Source: Eledone cirrhosa
Lineage: Eukaryota
DNA length: 64,000 bases
NCBI GenBank assembly: GCA_964016885.1
Contig: OZ024744.1
Coordinates: forward strand, 8,060,001 to 8,124,000
Reading direction: 5' to 3'
The position numbers were made by a program, and so were the translations under genes. Position 1 is the first letter of the stretch; the number at the start of each line of letters is the position of its first letter. This document shows, piece after piece, positions 1-14,100 of the stretch. The notes below the pieces were generated by a model. It was given only the letters and a program-made list of their open reading frames with translations, was not told the DNA's origin and made no database searches.

Positions 1-2419
1 ATTGGTAGAGGGTGTGACACCATACTAGGGTGGTGGAGTGATAGTATAGGTAGAGGGTGTGACAACATACTAGGGTGGTAGATTCGTAGTATATGTAAAG
101 GGTGTGACACCATACTAGGGTGGTGGATTGTAAGTATAGGTAGAGGGTGTGACACCATACTAGGGTGGTAGATTGGTAGTATAGGTAGAGGGTGTGACAC
201 CGTGGTAGGGTGGTGGATTGGTAGTATTGGTAGAGTGTGTGACACTATACTAGGGTGATAGAGTGACAGTATATGTAGAGGGTGTGACACCATACTAGGG
301 TGGTGGATTTGTAGTATAGGTAGAGGGTGTGACACCATACTAGGGAGGTGGATTGGTAGTATTGGTAGAGGGTGTGACACCATACTAAGGTGGTGGATTT
401 GCAGTATAGGTAGAGGGTGTGACACCATATTAGGGTGGTGGATTGGTATTATTGGTAGAGGGTGTGACACCATACTAGGGTGGTGGATTGGTAGTACTGG
501 TAGAGGGTGTGACACCATACTAGGGTGGTGTATTGGTAATATAGGTAGAGCGTGTGACACCATACTAAGGTGGTGGATTGGTAGTATTAGTAGAGGGGGT
601 GACACCATACTAGGGTTGTGGATCGGTAGTATTGAAGAGGGTGTGACACCATATTGGGTGGTGGATTAACAGTATAGGTAGAGGGTGTGACACCATACTA
701 GGGTGGTAGAGTGACAGTATACGTAGAGGGTGTGACACCATGTTAGGGTGGTGGATTGGTAGTATAGGTAGAGTATGTGACACCATACTAGGGTGGTGGA
801 TTGGTAGTACTGGTAGAGGGTGTGACACCATACTAGGGTGGTGGATTGGTAGTATAGGTATAGGGTGTGACACCATACTAGGGTGGTGGATTGGTGGTAT
901 AGGTAGAGGGTGTGACAGCCTACTAGGGTGGTGGATTGACAGTATTGGTAGAGGGTGTAACACCATGCTAGGGTGGTAGATTGGTAGTATTGGTAGAGGG
1001 TGTGACACCATACTAGGGTGCAGGATTGGTAGTATTGGTAGAGGGTGTGACACCATACTAGGGTGGTGGATTGGTAGTATTGGTAGAGGGTGTGACACCA
1101 TGTTAGGGTGGTGGATTGGCAGTATAGGTAGAGCGTGTGACACCATACTAGGTTGGTGGATTGCTAGTATAGGTAGAGGTTGTGACACGATACTAGGGTG
1201 GTGGATTCACAGTATTGGTAGCGGTTGTGACGCCTTGTTAGGGTGGTGGATTGGTAGTATTGGTAGAGGGTGTGACACCATACTAGGATGGTGGATTGGT
1301 AGTATTGGTAGAGGGTGTGACACCATACTAGGGTGGGAGATTGGTAGTATATGTAAAGGGTGTGACACCATACTAGATTGGTGTATTGGTAGTATAGGTA
1401 GAGGGTGTGACACCATACTAGCGTGGTAGATTGGTAGTATAGGTAGAGGGTGTGACACCATGGTAGGGTGGTGGATTGGTAGTATTGGTAGACGGAGTGA
1501 CACCATACTAGGGTGGTAGATTGGTAGAATTGTTAGAGGGTGTGACACCATACTAGGGTGGTGGAGTGGTAGTATAGGTAGTGGGTGTGACACCATACTA
1601 GGGTGGTAGATTGGTAGTATTGGTAGAGTGTGTGACACTATACTAGGGTGATAGAGTGACAGTATATGTAGAGGGTGTGACACCATACTAGGGTGGTGGA
1701 TTTGTAGTATAGGTAGAGGGTGTGACAGCATACTAGGGTGGTGGATTGGTAGTATAGGTAGAGGGTGTGACACCATACTAGGGTGGTAGATTAGTAGTAT
1801 TGGTAGAGGGTGTGACACCATACTAGGGTGGTTGATTGGTAGTATAGGTATAGGATTTGACACCATATTAGGGTGGTGGATTGGTAGTATATGTAAAGGG
1901 TGTGACACCATACTAGGGTGGTGGATTGGTAGTATAGGTAGAGGGTGTGACACCATACTAGGGTGGTAGATTGTTAGTATAGGTAGAGGGTGTGACACCA
2001 TTGTAGGGTGGTGGATTGGTAGTATTGGTAGAGTGTGTGACACTATACTAGGGGGATAGAGTGACAGTATATGTAGAGGGTGTGACACCATACTAGGGTG
2101 GTGGATTGGTAGTATAGGTAGAGGGTGTGACAGCATACTAGGGTGGTAGATTGGTAGTATTGGTAGAGTGTGTGACACTATACTGGGGTGGTAGATTGGT
2201 AGTATTGGTAGAGTGTGTGACACTATACTAGGGTGGTGGATTGGTAGTATAGGTAGAGGGTGTGACAGCATACTAGGGTGGTGGATTCACAGTATTGGTA
2301 GAGGTTGTGACGCCTTGTTAGGGTGGTGGATTGGTAGTATAGGTAGAGGGTGTGACACCATACTAGGGTGGTAGATTGGTAGTATAGGTAGAGGGCGTGA
2401 CACCATGGTAGGGTGGTGG

Positions 2420-5400
2420 ATTGGTAGTATTGGTAGAGGGTGTGACACCATACTAGGGTGGTAGATTGGTAGTATTGGTAGAGGGTGTTAGACCATACTA
2501 GTGTGGTGAATTGACAGTATAGGTAGAGGGTGTGACACCATAATAGGGTGGTGGAGTGGTAGTATAGGTAGAGGGTGTGACACCATACTGGGGTGGTAGA
2601 TTGGTAGTATTGGTAGAGTGTGTGACACTATACTAGGGTGATAGAGTGACAGTATATGTAGAGGGTGTGACACCATACTAGGGTGGTGGATTGGTAGTAT
2701 TGGTAGAGTGTGTGACACTATACTAGGGTGATAGCCTGACAGTATATGTAGAGGGTGTGACACCATACTAGGGAGGTGGATTGGTAGTATTGGTAGAGGG
2801 TGTGACACCATACTAAGGTGGTGGATTTGCAGTATAGGTAGAGGGTGTGACACCATACTAGGGTGGTGGATTGGTAGTATAGTTAGAGGGTGTGACAGCA
2901 TATTAGGGTGGTGGATTGGTATTATTGGTAGAGGGTGTGACACCATACTAGGGTGCTAGATTGGTTGTATTGTTCGAGGGTGTGACACCATACTAGGGTG
3001 GTGGATTGGTAGTACTGGTAGAGGGTGTGACACCATACTAGGGTGGTGTATTGGTAGTATAGGTAGAGCGTGTGACACCATACTAGGGTGGTGGATTGGT
3101 AGTATAGGTAGATGGTGTGACACCATATTAGTGTGGTGGATTGGTAGTATAGGTAGAGGGTGTGACACCATACTAGTGTGGTGGATTGGTAGTATAGGTA
3201 GAGGGTGTGACAGCCTACTAGGGTGGTGGATTGGTAGTATTGGTAGAGGGTGTGACACCATACTAGGGTGGTGGATTGGTAGTATAGGTAGAGGGTGTGA
3301 CACCATACTAGGGTGGTGGATTGCAGTATTGGTAGAGGGTGTAACACCATGCTAGGGTGGTAGATTGGTAGTATTGGTAGAGGGTATGACAACATACTAG
3401 AGTGGTGGATTGGCAGTATAGGTAGAGGGTGTGACACCATACTAGGCTGGCGGATTGCTAGTATAGGTAGAGGTTGTGACACCATACTAGGGTGGTGGAT
3501 TGACAGTATTGGTAGAGGTTGTGACACCTTGTTAGGGTGGTGGATTCGTAGTATTGGTAGAGGGTCTGACACCATACTAGGGTGGTGGATTGGTAGTATT
3601 GGTAGATAGTGTGACACCATACTAGGGTGGTAGATTGGTAGTATTGGTAGAGGGTTTGACACCATACTAGGGTGGTGGAGTGACAGTATAGGTAGAGGGT
3701 GTGACACCATACTAGGGTGGTAGGTGGGTAGTATATGTAAAGGGTGTGATACCATACTAGGGTGGTGGATTGGTAGTATTGGTATAGGGTGTGACACCAT
3801 GTTAGGCTGGTAGATTGGTAGTATTAGTAGAGGGTGTGACACCATACTAGGGTGGTAGATTGGTAGTATTGTTAGAGGGTGTGACACCATAATAGGGTGG
3901 TGGATTGGTAGTATTGTTAGAGGGTGTGACACCATAATAGGGTGGTGGATTGGTAGTATTGTTAGAGGGTGTGACACCATACTAGGGTGGTAGATAGGTA
4001 GTATTGCTAGAGGGTGTGACACCATACCAGGGTGGTAGATTGGTAGTATAGGTAGAGGGTGTGACACCATACTAGGGTGGTGGATTGGTAGTATTGGTAG
4101 AGGGTGTGACACCATGTTAGGGTGGTGGATTGGTAGTATTGGTAGAGGGTGTGACACCATACTAGGGTGGTGGATTGGTGGTATACGTAGAGGGTGTGAC
4201 ACCATACTAGGGTGGTAGATTGGTAGTATTGGTAGAGGGTGTGACACCATACTTGGGTGGGGGATTGGCAGTATAGGTAGAGGGTGTGACACCATGTTAG
4301 CGTGGTGGATTGGTAGTATAGTTAGAGTGTGTGACAGCACACTAGGTTGGTGGATTGGTAGTATAGGTAGAAGGTCTGACACCATGTTAGGGTGGTGGAT
4401 TGGTAGTATTGGTAGAGCGTGTGACACCATGTTAGGGTGGTGGATTGGTAGTATAGGTAGAGGGTGTGACACCATACTTGGGTGGTGGATTGGTAGTGTA
4501 GGTAGAGGGTGTGACACCATACTAGGGTGGTGGATTTTTAGTATAGGTAGAGGGGGTGACACCATACTAGGGTGGTAGATAGGTAGTATTGGTAGAGGGT
4601 GTGACACCATACTAGGGTGGTATATTGGTAGTATTGGTAGAGGGTGTGACACCATACTAGGGTGGTGGATTGGTAGTATAGGTAGAAGGTATGACACCAT
4701 ACTAGGGTGGTGGATTGGTAGTATTGGTAGAGGGTGTGACACCATGCTTGGGTGGTGCATTGGTAGTATAGGTAGAGGGTGTGACACCATACTAGGTTGG
4801 TAGATAGGTAGTATTTGTAGAGGGTGTGATACCATACTAGGATGCTGGATTGGTAGTATTGGTATAGGGTGTGACACCATGTTAGGGTGGTAGATTGGTA
4901 GTGTTAGTAGAGGGTGTGACACCATACTAGGGTGGTGGATTGGTAGTATTGTTAGAGGGTGTGACACCATAATAGGGTGGTGGATTGGTAGTATTGTTAG
5001 AGGGTGTGACACCATACTAGGGTGGTAGATAGGTAGTATTGCTAGAGGGTGTGACACCATACTAGGGTGGTAGATTGGTAGTATAGGTAGAGGGTGTGAC
5101 ACCATACTAGGGTGGTGGATTGGTAGTATTGGTAGAGGGTGTGACACCATGTTAGGGTCGTGGATTGGTAGTATTGGTAGAGGGTGTGACACCATACTAG
5201 GGTGGTGGATTGGTAGTATACGTGGAGGGTGTGACACTATACTAGGGTGGTAGATTGGTAGTATTGGTAGAGGGTGTGACACCATACTAGGGTGGTAGAT
5301 TGGTAGTATTGGTAGAGGGTGTTAGACCATACTAGTGTGGTGAATTGACAGTATAGGTAGAGGGTGTGACACCATAATAGGGTGGTGGAGTGGTAGTATA

Positions 5401-8122
5401 GGTAGAGGGTGTGACACCATACTGGGGTGGTAGATTGGTAGTATTGGTAGAGTGTGTGACACTATACTAGGGTGATAGAGTGACAGTATATGTAGAGGGT
5501 GTGACACCATACTAGGGTGGTGGATTGGTAGTATTGGTAGAGTGTGTGACACTATACTAGGGTGATAGCCTGACAGTATATGTAGAGGGTGTGACACCAT
5601 ACTAGGGAGGTGGATTGGTAGTATTGGTAGAGGGTGTGACACCATACTAAGGTGGTGGATTTGCAGTATAGGTAGAGGGTGTGACACCATACTAGGGTGG
5701 TGGATTGGTAGTATAGTTAGAGGGTGTGACAGCATATTAGGGTGGTGGATTGGTATTATTGGTAGAGGGTGTGACACCATACTAGGGTGCTAGATTGGTT
5801 GTATTGTTCGAGGGTGTGACACCATACTAGGGTGGTGGATTGGTAGTACTGGTAGAGGGTGTGACACCATACTAGGGTGGTGTATTGGTAGTATAGGTAG
5901 AGCGTGTGACACCATACTAGGGTGGTGGATTGGTAGTATAGGTAGATGGTGTGACACCATATTAGTGTGGTGGATTGGTAGTATAGGTAGAGGGTGTGAC
6001 ACCATACTAGTGTGGTGGATTGGTAGTATAGGTAGAGGGTGTGACAGCCTACTAGGGTGGTGGATTGGTAGTATTGGTAGAGGGTGTGACACCATACTAG
6101 GGTGGTGGATTGGTAGTATAGGTAGAGGGTGTGACACCATACTAGGGTGGTGGATTGCAGTATTGGTAGAGGGTGTAACACCATGCTAGGGTGGTAGATT
6201 GGTAGTATTGGTAGAGGGTATGACAACATACTAGAGTGGTGGATTGGCAGTATAGGTAGAGGGTGTGACACCATACTAGGCTGGCGGATTGCTAGTATAG
6301 GTAGAGGTTGTGACACCATACTAGGGTGGTGGATTGACAGTATTGGTAGAGGTTGTGACACCTTGTTAGGGTGGTGGATTCGTAGTATTGGTAGAGGGTC
6401 TGACACCATACTAGGGTGGTGGATTGGTAGTATTGGTAGATAGTGTGACACCATACTAGGGTGGTAGATTGGTAGTATTGGTAGAGGGTTTGACACCATA
6501 CTAGGGTGGTGGAGTGACAGTATAGGTAGAGGGTGTGACACCATACTAGGGTGGTAGGTGGGTAGTATATGTAAAGGGTGTGATACCATACTAGGGTGGT
6601 GGATTGGTAGTATTGGTATAGGGTGTGACACCATGTTAGGCTGGTAGATTGGTAGTATTAGTAGAGGGTGTGACACCATACTAGGGTGGTAGATTGGTAG
6701 TATTGTTAGAGGGTGTGACACCATAATAGGGTGGTGGATTGGTAGTATTGTTAGAGGGTGTGACACCATAATAGGGTGGTGGATTGGTAGTATTGTTAGA
6801 GGGTGTGACACCATACTAGGGTGGTAGATAGGTAGTATTGCTAGAGGGTGTGACACCATACCAGGGTGGTAGATTGGTAGTATAGGTAGAGGGTGTGACA
6901 CCATACTAGGGTGGTGGATTGGTAGTATTGGTAGAGGGTGTGACACCATGTTAGGGTGGTGGATTGGTAGTATTGGTAGAGGGTGTGACACCATACTAGG
7001 GTGGTGGATTGGTGGTATACGTAGAGGGTGTGACACCATACTAGGGTGGTAGATTGGTAGTATTGGTAGAGGGTGTGACACCATACTTGGGTGGGGGATT
7101 GGCAGTATAGGTAGAGGGTGTGACACCATGTTAGCGTGGTGGATTGGTAGTATAGTTAGAGTGTGTGACAGCACACTAGGTTGGTGGATTGGTAGTATAG
7201 GTAGAAGGTCTGACACCATGTTAGGGTGGTGGATTGGTAGTATTGGTAGAGCGTGTGACACCATGTTAGGGTGGTGGATTGGTAGTATAGGTAGAGGGTG
7301 TGACACCATACTTGGGTGGTGGATTGGTAGTGTAGGTAGAGGGTGTGACACCATACTAGGGTGGTGGATTTTTAGTATAGGTAGAGGGGGTGACACCATA
7401 CTAGGGTGGTAGATAGGTAGTATTGGTAGAGGGTGTGACACCATACTAGGGTGGTATATTGGTAGTATTGGTAGAGGGTGTGACACCATACTAGGGTGGT
7501 GGATTGGTAGTATAGGTAGAAGGTATGACACCATACTAGGGTGGTGGATTGGTAGTATTGGTAGAGGGTGTGACACCATGCTTGGGTGGTGCATTGGTAG
7601 TATAGGTAGAGGGTGTGACACCATACTAGGTTGGTAGATAGGTAGTATTTGTAGAGGGTGTGATACCATACTAGGATGCTGGATTGGTAGTATTGGTATA
7701 GGGTGTGACACCATGTTAGGGTGGTAGATTGGTAGTGTTAGTAGAGGGTGTGACACCATACTAGGGTGGTGGATTGGTAGTATTGTTAGAGGGTGTGACA
7801 CCATAATAGGGTGGTGGATTGGTAGTATTGTTAGAGGGTGTGACACCATACTAGGGTGGTAGATAGGTAGTATTGCTAGAGGGTGTGACACCATACTAGG
7901 GTGGTAGATTGGTAGTATAGGTAGAGGGTGTGACACCATACTAGGGTGGTGGATTGGTAGTATTGGTAGAGGGTGTGACACCATGTTAGGGTCGTGGATT
8001 GGTAGTATTGGTAGAGGGTGTGACACCATACTAGGGTGGTGGATTGGTAGTATACGTGGAGGGTGTGACACTATACTAGGGTGGTAGATTGGTAGTATTG
8101 GTAGAGGGTGTGACACCATACT
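2420..8122. repeat. Higher-order tandem duplication, 2 copies, period 2834 bp (63 monomers minus 1 bp)
   Basis: Identical ORFs occur at offset 2834: 2488/5322, 2956/5790, 3131/5965, 4294/7128. Private variants recur at that offset (GTGTTAGACC at ~2485/5319; the 1-bp deletion GATTGCAG at ~3320/6154). The match fails at ~2418/5252 and 5289/8123. Confidence 0.93.
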
Positions 8123-11100
8123 TGGGTGGGGGATTGGCAGTATAGGTAGAGGGTGTGACACCATGTTAGCGTGGTAGATTGGTAGTATTGGTAGAGCGTG
8201 TGACACCATGTTAGGGTGGTGGATTGGTAGTATAGGTAGAGGGTGTGACACCATACTTGGGTGGTGGATTGGTAGTGTAGGTAGAGGGTGTGACACCATA
8301 CTAGGGTGGTGGATTTTAAGTATAGGTAGAGGGGGTGACACCATACTAGGGTGGTAGATAGGTAGTATTGGTAGAGGGTGTGACACCATACTAGGGTGGT
8401 ATATTGGTAGTATTGGTAGAGGGTGTGACACCATACTAGGGTGGTGGATTAGTAGTATAGGTAGAAGGTATGACACCATACTAGGGTGGTGGATTGGTAG
8501 TATTGGTAGAGGGTGTGACACCATGCTTGGGTGGTGCATTGGTAGTATAGGTAGAGGGTGTGACACCATACTAGGGTGATAGATTGGTAGTATTGGTAGA
8601 GGGGGTGACACCATACTAGGGTGGTGGATTGGCAGTATAGGTAGAGGGTGTGACACCATGTTAGGGTGGTATATTGGTAGTATAGGTAGAGGGTGAGACA
8701 GCATACTAGGGTGGTGGATTGGGAGTATAGGTAGAGCGTGTGATACCATACTCGGGTGGTGGATTGGTAGTATTGGTAGAGGGTGTGACACCATACTAGG
8801 GTGGTAGATTGGTAGTATAGGTAGAGGGTGTGACACCATGGTAGGGTGGTAGATTGGTAGTATTAGTAGAGGGTGTGACACCATACTAGGGTGGTGGATT
8901 AGTAGTATTGGCAGAGGGTGTGACACCATACTATGATGGTGGATTGGTAGTATTAGCAGAGGGTGTGACAACATACTAGGGTGGTGGATTGGCAGTATAG
9001 GTAGAGGGTGTGATACCATACTAAGGTGGTAGATTGGTAGTATAGGTAGAGGGTGTGACACCATACTAGGGTGGTGGATTGCTAGTATAGGTAGAGGGTG
9101 TGACACCATACTAGGGTGGTAGAATGGTAGTATTGGTAGAGGGTGTGACACCATACTAGGGTGGTACATTGGTAGTATAGGTAGAGGGTGTGATACCATA
9201 CTAGGAAGGTGTATTGGTAGTATAGTTAGAGGGTGTGATACCATACTATGGTGGTGGATTGGTAGTATAGGTAGAGGGTTTGATACGATACTAGGGTGGT
9301 GTATTGGTAGTATAGGTAGAGGGTGTGACACCATACTAGGGTGGTAGATTGGTAGAATAGTTAGGGGGTGTGACACCATACTAGGGTGGTGGATTGGTAG
9401 TATTGGGAGAGGGTGTGACACCATACCAGGTGGTGGATTGGTAGTATAGGTAGAGGGTGTGACAACATACTCGTGTGGTGGATTGGTAGTATTGGTAGAG
9501 AGTGCGACACCATACTAGGGTGGTGGATTGGTAGTATAGGTAGAGGGAGTGACACCATACTAGGGTGGTAGATTGGTAGTATTGTTAGAGTGTGTGACAC
9601 CATACTAGGGTGGTGGATTGGTAGTATTGGTAGAGGGTGTGACACCATACTAGGTTGGTGGATTGATAGTATAGGTAGAGGGTGTGACACCATACTAGGG
9701 TGGTGGATTGGTAGTATAGGTAGAGGGTGTGACACCATACTAGTGTGGTGGATTGGTAGTATAGGTAGAGGGTGTGACAGCATAATAGGGTGGTGGATTG
9801 ACAGTATTGGTAGAGTGTGTGACACCATACTAGGGTGGTAGATAGGTAGTATTTGTAGACGGTGTGATACCATACTAGGGTGGTGGATTGGTAGTATTGG
9901 TAGAGGGTGTGACACCATACTAGGGTGGTGATTGGTAGTATTGGTAGAGGGTGTGATATCATACTAGGGTGGTGGATTGTTAGTATTGGTAGAGGGTGTG
10001 ACACCATACTAGGGTGGTGGATTGGCAGTATAGGTAGAGGGTGTGACACCATGTTAGTGTGGTAGATTGGTAGTATAGGTAGAGGGTGAGACAGCATACT
10101 AGGGTGGTGGATTGGTAGTATTGGTAGAGGGTGTGACACCATACTAGGGTGGTGGATTGGTAGTATTGGTAGAGGGTGTGACACCATACTAGGGTGGTGG
10201 ATTGGTAGTATAGTTAGAGGGTGTGACACCATGTTAGGCTGGCTGATTGGTAGAATTGGTAGAGGGTTTGACACCATGTTAGGATGGTGGATTGGTAGTT
10301 TGGGTAGAGGGTGTGACACCATACCAGGTGGTGGATTGGTAGTATAGGTAGAGGGTGTGACATCATACTAGGGTGGTGGATTGGTAGTATAGGTAGAGGG
10401 TGTGACACCATACTAGGGTGGTGGATTGGTAGTATTGGTAGAGGGTGTGATACCATACTAGGGTGGTGTATTGGTAGTAATGGTAGAGGGTGTGATACCA
10501 TACTAGGGTGGTGGACTGGTAGTATAGGTAGAGGGTGTGATACCACACTAGGGTGGTGGAGTGGTAGTATTGGGAGAGGGTGTGATACCATACTAGGGTG
10601 GTAGATTGGTAGTATAGTTAGAGGGTGTGACACCATACTAGCGTGGTAGATTGGTAGTATTGGTAGAGGGTGTGACACCATACCAGGTGGTGGATTGGTA
10701 GTATAGGTAGAGGGTGTGACACCATACTAGTGTGGTGTATTGGTAGTATTGGTAGAGGGTGCGACACCATACTAGGGTGGTGGATTGGTAGTATAGGTAG
10801 AGGGAGTGACACCATACTAGGGTGGTAGATTGGTAGTATTGGTAGAGTGTGTGACACCATACTAGGGCGGTGCGTTGGCAGTATAGGTAGAGGGTGTGAC
10901 ACCATACTAGTATGGTGGATTGGTAGTATAGGTAGAGGGTGTGATCCCATACTAGGTTGGTGGATTGGTAGTATAGGTAGAGGGTGTGACACCATACCAG
11001 GTGGTGGATTGGTAGTGTAAGTAGAGGGTGTGACACCATACTAGGGTGGTTGATTGGTAGTATTGGTAGCGGTTGTGACACCATACTAGGGTGGTAGATA

Positions 11101-14100
11101 GGTAGTATTTGTAGAGGGTGTGATACCATACTAGGGTGGTGGATTGGTAGTATTGGTATAGGGTGTGACACCATACTAGAGTGGTAGATAGGTAGTATTG
11201 GTAGAGGGTGTGATACCTTACTAGGGTGGTGGATTGGTAGTATTGGTAGAGGGTGTTATACCATAATAGGGTGGTGGATTGACAGTACATGTAGAGGGTG
11301 TGATACCATACTAGTATGGTGGATTGGCAGTATAGGTAGAGGGTGTGACACAATACTAGGGTGGTGGATTGGTAGTATTGGTAGAGGGTGTGACACCATA
11401 CTAGTGTGGTGGATTGGTAGTATTGGTAGAGGGTGTGACACCATACTAGGGTGGTATATTGGTAGTATTGGTAGAGGGTGTGACACCATACTAGGGTGGT
11501 GGATTAGTAGTATAGGTAGAAGGTATGACACCATACTAGGGTGGTGGATTGGTAGTATTGGTAGAGGGTGTGACACCATGCTTGGGTGGTGCATTGGTAG
11601 TATAGGTAGAGGGTGTGACACCATACTAGGGTGATAGATTGGTAGTATTGGTAGAGGGGGTGACACCATACTAGGGTGGTGGATTGGCAGTATAGGTAGA
11701 GGGTGTGACACCATGTTAGGGTGGTATATTGGTAGTATAGGTAGAGGGTGAGACAGCATACTAGGGTGGTGGATTGGGAGTATAGGTAGAGCGTGTGATA
11801 CCATACTCGGGTGGTGGATTGGTAGTATTGGTAGAGGGTGTGACACCATACTAGGGTGGTAGATTGGTAGTATAGGTAGAGGGTGTGACACCATGGTAGG
11901 GTGGTAGATTGGTAGTATTAGTAGAGGGTGTGACACCATACTAGGGTGGTGGATTAGTAGTATTGGCAGAGGGTGTGACACCATACTATGATGGTGGATT
12001 GGTAGTATTAGCAGAGGGTGTGACAACATACTAGGGTGGTGGATTGGCAGTATAGGTAGAGGGTGTGATACCATACTAAGGTGGTAGATTGGTAGTATAG
12101 GTAGAGGGTGTGACACCATACTAGGGTGGTGGATTGCTAGTATAGGTAGAGGGTGTGACACCATACTAGGGTGGTAGAATGGTAGTATTGGTAGAGGGTG
12201 TGACACCATACTAGGGTGGTACATTGGTAGTATAGGTAGAGGGTGTGATACCATACTAGGAAGGTGTATTGGTAGTATAGTTAGAGGGTGTGATACCATA
12301 CTATGGTGGTGGATTGGTAGTATAGGTAGAGGGTTTGATACGATACTAGGGTGGTGTATTGGTAGTATAGGTAGAGGGTGTGACACCATACTAGGGTGGT
12401 AGATTGGTAGAATAGTTAGGGGGTGTGACACCATACTAGGGTGGTGGATTGGTAGTATTGGGAGAGGGTGTGACACCATACCAGGTGGTGGATTGGTAGT
12501 ATAGGTAGAGGGTGTGACAACATACTCGTGTGGTGGATTGGTAGTATTGGTAGAGAGTGCGACACCATACTAGGGTGGTGGATTGGTAGTATAGGTAGAG
12601 GGAGTGACACCATACTAGGGTGGTAGATTGGTAGTATTGTTAGAGTGTGTGACACCATACTAGGGTGGTGGATTGGTAGTATTGGTAGAGGGTGTGACAC
12701 CATACTAGGTTGGTGGATTGATAGTATAGGTAGAGGGTGTGACACCATACTAGGGTGGTGGATTGGTAGTATAGGTAGAGGGTGTGACACCATACTAGTG
12801 TGGTGGATTGGTAGTATAGGTAGAGGGTGTGACAGCATAATAGGGTGGTGGATTGACAGTATTGGTAGAGTGTGTGACACCATACTAGGGTGGTAGATAG
12901 GTAGTATTTGTAGACGGTGTGATACCATACTAGGGTGGTGGATTGGTAGTATTGGTAGAGGGTGTGACACCATACTAGGGTGGTGATTGGTAGTATTGGT
13001 AGAGGGTGTGATATCATACTAGGGTGGTGGATTGTTAGTATTGGTAGAGGGTGTGACACCATACTAGGGTGGTGGATTGGCAGTATAGGTAGAGGGTGTG
13101 ACACCATGTTAGTGTGGTAGATTGGTAGTATAGGTAGAGGGTGAGACAGCATACTAGGGTGGTGGATTGGTAGTATTGGTAGAGGGTGTGACACCATACT
13201 AGGGTGGTGGATTGGTAGTATTGGTAGAGGGTGTGACACCATACTAGGGTGGTGGATTGGTAGTATAGTTAGAGGGTGTGACACCATGTTAGGCTGGCTG
13301 ATTGGTAGAATTGGTAGAGGGTTTGACACCATGTTAGGATGGTGGATTGGTAGTTTGGGTAGAGGGTGTGACACCATACCAGGTGGTGGATTGGTAGTAT
13401 AGGTAGAGGGTGTGACATCATACTAGGGTGGTGGATTGGTAGTATAGGTAGAGGGTGTGACACCATACTAGGGTGGTGGATTGGTAGTATTGGTAGAGGG
13501 TGTGATACCATACTAGGGTGGTGTATTGGTAGTAATGGTAGAGGGTGTGATACCATACTAGGGTGGTGGACTGGTAGTATAGGTAGAGGGTGTGATACCA
13601 CACTAGGGTGGTGGAGTGGTAGTATTGGGTGAGGGTGTGATACCATACTAGGGTGGTAGATTGGTAGTATAGTTAGAGGGTGTGACACCATACTAGCGTG
13701 GTAGATTGGTAGTATTGGTAGAGGGTGTGACACCATACCAGGTGGTGGATTGGTAGTATAGGTAGAGGGTGTGACACCATACTAGTGTGGTGTATTGGTA
13801 GTATTGGTAGAGGGTGCGACACCATACTAGGGTGGTGGATTGGTAGTATAGGTAGAGGGAGTGACACCATACTAGGGTGGTAGATTGGTAGTATTGGTAG
13901 AGTGTGTGACACCATACTAGGGCGGTGCGTTGGCAGTATAGGTAGAGGGTGTGACACCATACTAGTATGGTGGATTGGTAGTATAGGTAGAGGGTGTGAT
14001 CCCATACTAGGTTGGTGGATTGGTAGTATAGGTAGAGGGTGTGACACCATACCAGGTGGTGGATTGGTAGTGTAAGTAGAGGGTGTGACACCATACTAGG

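Noticed and set aside
740-1429. Trp/Cys/Gly-rich + strand peptides (CDTILGWWIGSIGRG)n as antimicrobial or membrane peptides
   Set aside because: The very common TGG>TAG monomer variant puts a stop in this frame every few units, so ORF lengths only reflect runs without that variant.
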